Shown piece after piece: positions 57,845 through 64,000 of a stretch of DNA of 64,000 bases. Both the position numbers and the translations under genes were made by a program. A model generated the notes under the pieces. The model made no database searches and had not been told where the DNA came from. It saw nothing but the letters and a program-made list of their open reading frames with translations. Every line of letters starts with the position of its first letter. Position 1 is the first letter of the stretch. Source of the stretch: an uncultured Nitrososphaeraceae archaeon (GTDB lineage Archaea > Thermoproteota > Nitrososphaeria > Nitrososphaerales > Nitrososphaeraceae); contig CAWGVG010000021.1 in NCBI GenBank assembly GCA_963825865.1, positions 64,001 through 128,000 on the forward strand, given 5' to 3'.

Positions 57845-58195
57845 ATGTTTACTGATGCTCTTGTGGATAACACAATCTGGACTCTTCGTAAAGCTTTCAA
57901 AAAGAATAAGGCTCCAATTTGGAGGGTGCTAGAAGACGAGCTTTCAGGTCCAAGATCAAATAGAAGGGAAGTTAATGTAAATAGATTGACAAATGTTACT
58001 GAAAATAATGAAGTCGTTATTGTTCCTGGTAAGATTTTAGGTGCAGGATCAATTGGACACAAACTGACAGTTTGTGCCTTTTCAATTTCTGCAATGGCTG
58101 CAAAGAAAATCATAGAATCGGGAGGGAAGTTTATTACGCTTGCTGATTTGATAGAGAAATATCCAGATGGTAAGGGAGTGCGTATAATTGGTTAA
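57845..58195 (+). CDS. rpl18e: 50S ribosomal protein L18e
   Basis: VNVNRL, VPGKILGAG, AFSIS. Confidence 0.95.
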   Translation: MFTDALVDNTIWTLRKAFKKNKAPIWRVLEDELSGPRSNRREVNVNRLTNVTENNEVVIVPGKILGAGSIGHKLTVCAFSISAMAAKKIIESGGKFITLADLIEKYPDGKGVRIIG

Positions 58196-58643
58196 TCAGG
58201 AATTGAAATCACAGAAACAAATAGTAGTTGATGCAGCAAACTGCATCGTTGGCAGAATGTGTTCGCATGTTTCAAAACTATTACTTCAGGGAAATAGAGT
58301 TGCTATTGTAAATGCTGAGAAAGCTATGCTATCTGGAAATAGATACAAGACAATTTCTCTTTACAAAGAGCATCTTGAAATCAACTCTGTCACAAATCCT
58401 ATTCATGGTCCATTTCATCCAAGGAGACCAGATACGATATTGACAAAGATGGTACGAGGAATGATACCAAAAAGCAAAGCGAGCGGCATCGAAGCTTTTA
58501 AACGATTAAGGGTATACATAGGTATTCCTGAAGAGCTAAAGAATATCGAGTCTGAATCTTTTAATGATTCGATGATTACAAAACCTGCCTCGTACTATAT
58601 TACAGTTGGCGATGTAGCAAAACAAATTGGATGGAAGGGATAG
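58188..58643 (+). CDS. rpl13: 50S ribosomal protein L13
   Basis: GPFHPRRPD, VRGMIP, LRVYIG. Confidence 0.95.
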   Translation: MVNQELKSQKQIVVDAANCIVGRMCSHVSKLLLQGNRVAIVNAEKAMLSGNRYKTISLYKEHLEINSVTNPIHGPFHPRRPDTILTKMVRGMIPKSKASGIEAFKRLRVYIGIPEELKNIESESFNDSMITKPASYYITVGDVAKQIGWKG

Positions 58644-58647
58644 AACC

Positions 58648-59091
58648 GTGAATAAAATAGATCTTTATCCGGGTCAAAGAAAATCATGCCGAGCCGTGGC
58701 TACAATTTCTAAAGGAAATGGTAAGGTAAGAATCAATAACATTCCAGTAGAAATTTTAGAACCAGAAGTAGTTAAGGAATTGGTATTAACACCGCTCGCT
58801 CTTATAGGGGAATTAAGAAATAAGGTTGATATCAATGTACGGGTGCAAGGTGGAGGATTTATGGGACAAGCCTTTGCTAGTGCAGTTGCAATTTCTAGAT
58901 CTCTAATAGGTGAAGGAAAAGGAGGAAGAGATCCAAAGGATCATCCATTAGCAAAGAATATACGTGAAGAAATTCGTAAAAAAATTACTGAATTTGATAG
59001 GCACCTTCTAGCAGGCGATCCTAGACAGACCGAATCAAAGAAATTCGGTGGATCTGGTGCAAGACGTAGAAAACAGAAATCATATCGCTAG
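58648..59091 (+). CDS. rps9: 30S ribosomal protein S9
   Basis: GGGFMGQA, DPRQTESKKFGG.GARRRKQKSYR. Confidence 0.96.
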   Translation: MNKIDLYPGQRKSCRAVATISKGNGKVRINNIPVEILEPEVVKELVLTPLALIGELRNKVDINVRVQGGGFMGQAFASAVAISRSLIGEGKGGRDPKDHPLAKNIREEIRKKITEFDRHLLAGDPRQTESKKFGGSGARRRKQKSYR

Positions 59092-59248
59092 GCTCCATTT
59101 TTTTCTATTTTGTAGTTAGTGATTCGGTTTTATAAATAACAGTTTAAGTGTTGTTGTTATTATCAGCATCATGGTTAAAAGTTTGAGGTAATAATGATTA
59201 TATTCAGCAATCATCTGCAGTTAGAACTCTTCGGTTCATTGGATTTAT

Positions 59249-59422
59249 TTATTTTTTTGTAATACCTCGGCGATCCATAGAAATGTAATACTCAGTCAAT
59301 TTTATTCCATAACATTCTCCACATAATTCGCCGAAAATATTCCATTGAGGCATTGGTTTGTATCTGAAACTAATTATGTCCTTTCCACAAATGACACATT
59401 TTAAATTGTTGATCTTGCCCAT
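59249..59422 (-). CDS. 57-aa zinc-finger protein (absent from ORF track)
   Basis: MGKINNLKCVICGKDIISFRYKPMPQWNIFGELCGECYGIKLTEYY. Confidence 0.72.
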   Translation of the reverse strand: MGKINNLKCVICGKDIISFRYKPMPQWNIFGELCGECYGIKLTEYYISMDRRGITKK

Positions 59423-59704
59423 TTGCTTCTACGAGGAGTTGTCTAAAATAACACTTGTGGTGATAATGTAAAATGTTTTATATATATCATTGAAAAGGAG
59501 TAGATTAATTTAGACTATTATTTGGTATATTCATTACATATATTTGGACGGAGGGTATCCTTAGTATTTTTTGTCAATTTCTACGCGTGATTATTTTCGT
59601 ATATATGATATCCTTCTTTATAGGGCTTTGATATTTTGGTGAAAAACATTCAAATAATTCTAAGACTCGTTGTATAAGTAATCGGAATCATTCCTCATTG
59701 GTGT

Positions 59705-59720
59705 TATATATATATATATA
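59705..59720. repeat. (TA)8 microsatellite
   Basis: Direct read. Confidence 0.85.
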
Positions 59721-60044
59721 CTAAAAATACGGCTAATTACCTAAACTAATAAAAAAAGAAAGGTGGCTCATTGCATTTCCTCTCGTGTAAACTGACTCTT
59801 TTTAGTCGTACTATAAGTAAGAAGGAATCATGACAGATTACTCCATTAATTAATTTTCTTTTCATGAGCAGTTGCTACTTTCTGAATGTTACATAAGGCA
59901 TTGAAGCTGTAGTAGTATCCACAACCACTGTGCTCACAATAATATGCGTAGGAGTTTAACATTTCCTCTTACACAAATAATTACATTAACACCTTGGCCC
60001 AATCATCTTCTCAAATACGCCGATCTCGTGCGATGAAAGCATAT

Positions 60045-60068
60045 TATATATATATATATATATATATA
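60045..60068. repeat. (TA)12 microsatellite
   Basis: Direct read. Confidence 0.9.
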
Positions 60069-60104
60069 ATATAGTGTAGCCTTGTCATCTTTTTTAAGTT
60101 AACC

Positions 60105-60728
60105 TTATTTTTTATTATTGCTTTTATTGCCTGTTTTGTGGATCAATCTGAAGGTTTCTTTGCCGTAATCGTACGCTAGCTTGCGATCTTCATATGACCC
60201 ACATTCAATACATTTTACACTGCTATTTAACCGAACGGTGTCGCCACCACAATTAAAACATAAAGTATAGAGAACTCCAAATTCCTTTTCATCGATTGTA
60301 ATATGTATAGTTGAATTTAATAGACTGATTACTCGTCCCCTGATGATATCGCCAACTCTAAATATGATTCGGCCTCTTCTATCTCCTCTGTCTCGCCCTC
60401 CTCCACTTCCTCCTAATCTCATAGATGCAATTGCAGAAAATCCTGCAACTGATTTCTGGTCATTTACATAAAGTATTCTTAGCGAAAACATACTACCAAA
60501 TAACATTTCTATGTAGCCAACTACTGTGTCACCAATTTTTGGCAACATAGGAGAATTTTTTTGGTCAATCTTCACTATGCGTCTTTTGAAATCATAAATT
60601 TTAGTACCTACTGCAGTTGACCTGATTGCTCCATCGGTAATATATGTATTTTTTCCACCTTCAAATTCCTCGATGGATGCCACCTGTTCTCCAGGCAGTA
60701 TTGCAGTTGTTTGTTTTTCTCTTTTCAT
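60105..60728 (-). CDS. csl4: Exosome subunit Csl4
   Basis: LPGEQVASIEEF, S1 domain (GDIIRGRV), CFNCG...CIECG..EDRK Zn ribbon. Confidence 0.93.
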   Translation of the reverse strand: MKREKQTTAILPGEQVASIEEFEGGKNTYITDGAIRSTAVGTKIYDFKRRIVKIDQKNSPMLPKIGDTVVGYIEMLFGSMFSLRILYVNDQKSVAGFSAIASMRLGGSGGGRDRGDRRGRIIFRVGDIIRGRVISLLNSTIHITIDEKEFGVLYTLCFNCGGDTVRLNSSVKCIECGSYEDRKLAYDYGKETFRLIHKTGNKSNNKK

Positions 60729-60938
60729 ATACACATGATGAAGTTCCTTTAAAGTTATAATTGTTACATTTACCCCATTTGTTTGATCGCTTATTGAGTT
60801 AGTATATGTGCCATCATTAGTACCAATCGTCTTAGTAACAATCCTAGTGTTCATAGTCACTTTTGGGATAGAATCACTTACTCCTTCTCCATTCTGATAT
60901 GCAATTAGTGATACTCATGCTTAAAAATAAGAAAATTA

Positions 60939-62189
60939 TTAGTTTGGCACAATACTAAATTTATTGTATTTTGTACTCACTATGATGGTTCCTATGATTG
61001 CTACTGCAAATACCATTACTGCAATAGCTGCACCAAATTCTGGCACTACATGAGTACCGACAATTTCGATTTTCTCAGTACCTTTATCAAAATCAATCAC
61101 CAATGTTCTTACTTGGCTATTATTTGTTGTTTCCTCAGCAACTATACTTTGACGATCTTCAAAGACTGCATAAGTATCATCAGCGTTCGTTCCTTGTTTT
61201 GTGGAGTCTATTGAGTTTCTTGGAAGCTCAATTGTCAATCTTCCATTTGATTGCGAAGAGATGTTAGCCATAAGTGTTGCACCGTCATTCTCTGCAGCAA
61301 TGTTATTAATTTTATTACCACTACCAGTGATTTGATACTTGACTGGATAGGTTTTACTGTTAATATTTGGGATATATGTAATATTATTAGTGGAAGTTGT
61401 TATTGTTTTATTATTCTTAGTTGTTGTTATATTTGTGGTTGTTATTAATTTGTTATTAGTTTGAGTTAATATGTTGTCTCTTGTTGCATTTGTTATTTTA
61501 ACACCCGCAGTTTTTATAGCTGTGCTATTTGGAACAAGCGTAGCTTTAAATGATGTACTTTGATATGAATCAGATTTTGGTGATGAGTTGTCTTTTAATT
61601 GCTCATTTTTATGGAATTTTGGGGGTATTGCTACATCCTCATCATCCTCATCAAACCCCCCAAGTGGCATGGGAAACAAAAAAGGAGTAGTAGCCGCATT
61701 ATTACTTGTTATTGTTGATGGATGCTGTTGCTTTTGTTGTTTTTCCTTTCCAGTTAGCACTCCAATAATATTTACACTATACGATTTTATTAAATTAGTA
61801 TGATTAACATAGCAAGTTAATTTGGCAGTCAGTTTATTTACTCCATTTGTAATAATATGATGGTTCCCAGCATAAATAAAAGTCCATCTTGAATAGTCAT
61901 TTGCTCCACCAGGTCCAATTGCTAAAACTTTTTTGAATGATTTTAGAACATTCGAATTAATGTAAATTTGGCAGTCAGTATCGGCATTATCTGTAGATGT
62001 TCCAAAGATTATCAGTCTATCAACTGGAACTAGTTGACCTGCAGTAGGTGATGTAATTTTTACACTCATTTCATTTGGTATTTGCTGTGCATATATAGAT
62101 GAATTAGATAAGGAAGCAGAAAGAAGAAATATTTCAAAAAAGAGAATTAGCACCAGCGTTTCTGACTTATGTGGAATAAATTTTTTCAT
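60939..62189 (-). CDS. Surface protein with Ig-like domain and PEFG-CTERM sorting signal
   Basis: Signal peptide; GTSTDNADTDCQ...GPGGANDYSRW; C-terminal VVPEFG plus TM plus basic residues. Confidence 0.88.
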   Translation of the reverse strand: MKKFIPHKSETLVLILFFEIFLLSASLSNSSIYAQQIPNEMSVKITSPTAGQLVPVDRLIIFGTSTDNADTDCQIYINSNVLKSFKKVLAIGPGGANDYSRWTFIYAGNHHIITNGVNKLTAKLTCYVNHTNLIKSYSVNIIGVLTGKEKQQKQQHPSTITSNNAATTPFLFPMPLGGFDEDDEDVAIPPKFHKNEQLKDNSSPKSDSYQSTSFKATLVPNSTAIKTAGVKITNATRDNILTQTNNKLITTTNITTTKNNKTITTSTNNITYIPNINSKTYPVKYQITGSGNKINNIAAENDGATLMANISSQSNGRLTIELPRNSIDSTKQGTNADDTYAVFEDRQSIVAEETTNNSQVRTLVIDFDKGTEKIEIVGTHVVPEFGAAIAVMVFAVAIIGTIIVSTKYNKFSIVPN

Positions 62190-62361
62190 AATAGCGTTAT
62201 GACAATTGGTTCAAATAATAAATTGCAAGAGAAAAAACATTGATTGTTTACTTGTAAAATATCAATTTTTAATTTTATAATAACACTTATCGTAGATCTC
62301 TCCAGAATAAGACAGTTGCAGATATGTACTTGTACGATTAGAAATAGATCATATTCATTAT

Positions 62362-62690
62362 GTGAATAGCAGTCGTGCATTATTCAAAGCTCGAGCATAT
62401 AAACGAGCAGCAGATGTTATTGCAAATTTGCCATTATATATAGAAGATATATATGAAAAGGATGGAATAAAAGGTCAAATTGATGCGCATTATGACCGCC
62501 TTGATTTAAAAGATGATTATGTAAGGCAGTACAAAAGGATGTCAAACTTGTAATTGATTCAGATACACATCATCCTGTTCATTTTGCATTTTTGATATTT
62601 GGCATAGCGCAAGCAAGACGGGGCTGGGCAGAAAAGTCAGACATTCTTAATACACTGCCTGTTGATATGCTACTAAAGAGTCTCAAATAA
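62362..62690 (+). pseudogene. Internally deleted PolX-PHP (DNA polymerase X) remnant
   Basis: FKARAYKRAADVIANL (N-terminal 8-kDa domain) joined to IDAHYDRLDL...KLVIDSDTH...GIAQARRGWAEKSDILNT (PHP C-terminus). Confidence 0.8.
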
Positions 62691-62807
62691 AAAGTAATGA
62701 AATATGTAAAATTTTTATATCCTAGTCATATGTAGTAACCCTCTGTATGATATATATGCGTACCTCTAGTTTAGAGAGAGATGAAATAAGGACAAGGAAG
62801 CTCTTTC

Positions 62808-63311
62808 TTGGTATTTTTTACTTTTGTGCTGCATCTATGGCGAGCTATCACTTTTTATGCTCTCTACGTTAGTATAGGGGAATATCTTACGACGGGAAAA
62901 GTAGTTATTGGCGAAGTACTAGTCAATACAGACTTTCCTGTTCATGGACTTGCAAAGCTTGTGTCATATCTGATGATCGTCACTGTAGTAGGGTGGTATT
63001 GTGTAACTAAACTGGGTGGAGAAAAGGTAAAAGATATTCCTAAATCAGTTAAGTCAATATTGCAATTAATTGTCCTAACCATAGCAGTAATAGCACTGTA
63101 CGAATTTATTTACAACTCTATTATATGGAATTCCCTTATTACAGCTGATGCAATGAAAGGCATAATGAGACTGGACGACATAAACATACCATATCCTAAT
63201 CCTCATACGCCTTGGAACCTTGTATTTGCTACAAAGATGTCTCTAGCAGCATTTCTCATCTCTGCACACGGGTTGTACACTATATCAAAACCTACTAAGA
63301 GAGAAGAGTGA
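62808..63311 (+). CDS. Hypothetical membrane protein
   Basis: About four TM helices; N-terminus uncertain. Confidence 0.65.
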   Translation: MVFFTFVLHLWRAITFYALYVSIGEYLTTGKVVIGEVLVNTDFPVHGLAKLVSYLMIVTVVGWYCVTKLGGEKVKDIPKSVKSILQLIVLTIAVIALYEFIYNSIIWNSLITADAMKGIMRLDDINIPYPNPHTPWNLVFATKMSLAAFLISAHGLYTISKPTKREE

Positions 63312-64000
63312 TATTGTGTCAACAATGAGGAATATTATCTTTATATTTATAGACGATAAAAATATGTACATGTCACTGAAACCATTGTAAACAAAATAGT
63401 AATCCTTTGTGTTGATTCAACCAAGACTAGGTTATCTAAAACTCAAACACTCTAAGTTCGCGGAGATTGTTAACATTGTCCAGCAACTTGGCTGCTGAGA
63501 TTATATATCGTTTTTGGTAAAATAGCTTTTTATTGTATGTCTCCTATTTATTAGTAAAAAAATCTAAAAATTTATCTGTCTATTGATGATGATGAATATA
63601 TGCGAAGGGAATTCATAATCGATTCCCAAAGTCAAGTCCTTGAAGATTGGGTAAATGTATGAACAAATATCAAAAATGATCTTGTCACGATCAAAGCATC
63701 CGATCCTTTATCTGTCTGTCAATTGTGTAAGATAACACAAGGAGAAAATCAAAAAGGTCTATTGAATTGATGAAAAAAGGAATTATCTGGGACAAACAAA
63801 AGGGGCATGGTATAGAAAGCTAACTGTGTGTGGAATTTTATATATTAAACAATGGCCTATCAATGAACTTGCATTTTTACTACCACAGCTGTTTTGTTGA
63901 TTTTTTTTATGTGCTAGCACATTCTCTAAGCGTATATGCAGTAACCTTAAATTTCGATTTAAAACATATGGTATAGTTGAATAATGATTAATTCTGTTGT

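Noticed and set aside
60729-60860. Long N-terminal extension of Csl4
   Set aside because: Homology starts at MKREKQ (60728) with a TATA-like element upstream; the extension is likely an ORF-caller artefact
63580-63830. Degenerate ORF near the window end
   Set aside because: Interrupted by stops and no family recognised

Overview
AT-rich chromosomal segment of an ammonia-oxidising archaeon (Nitrososphaerota, most likely Nitrososphaerales). It contains the replication origin: four ORB boxes upstream of cdc6/orc1, with the PolD DP1 and DP2 genes nearby. Housekeeping genes include thermosome, ahbAB/sufC/chdC, glyA, GGGPS, cbiE, fen1, thyX, cdvA, acs, xpf, the exosome superoperon, amt, rpoD-rpl18e-rpl13-rps9 and csl4. 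Also present are a two-intron tRNA-Ser(CGA), two related DDE insertion sequences with 8-bp TSDs, four paralogous small wHTH genes and a decayed accessory island (about 40.1-47.6 kb). Many essential genes carry 1-nt indels, which points to uncorrected long-read errors. Best novel candidate: a three-gene DNA-binding module abutting oriC (HTH-like, membrane-anchored coiled-coil wHTH, small wHTH). It comes with two separate, strongly enriched repeat arrays: TGTGAT/ATCACA, partly written into the coding sequences, and TGTTAA/TTAACA, interleaved with the ORBs. This suggests an origin-binding and origin-to-membrane tethering or segregation system. All product calls come from motif recognition; no database searches were run.
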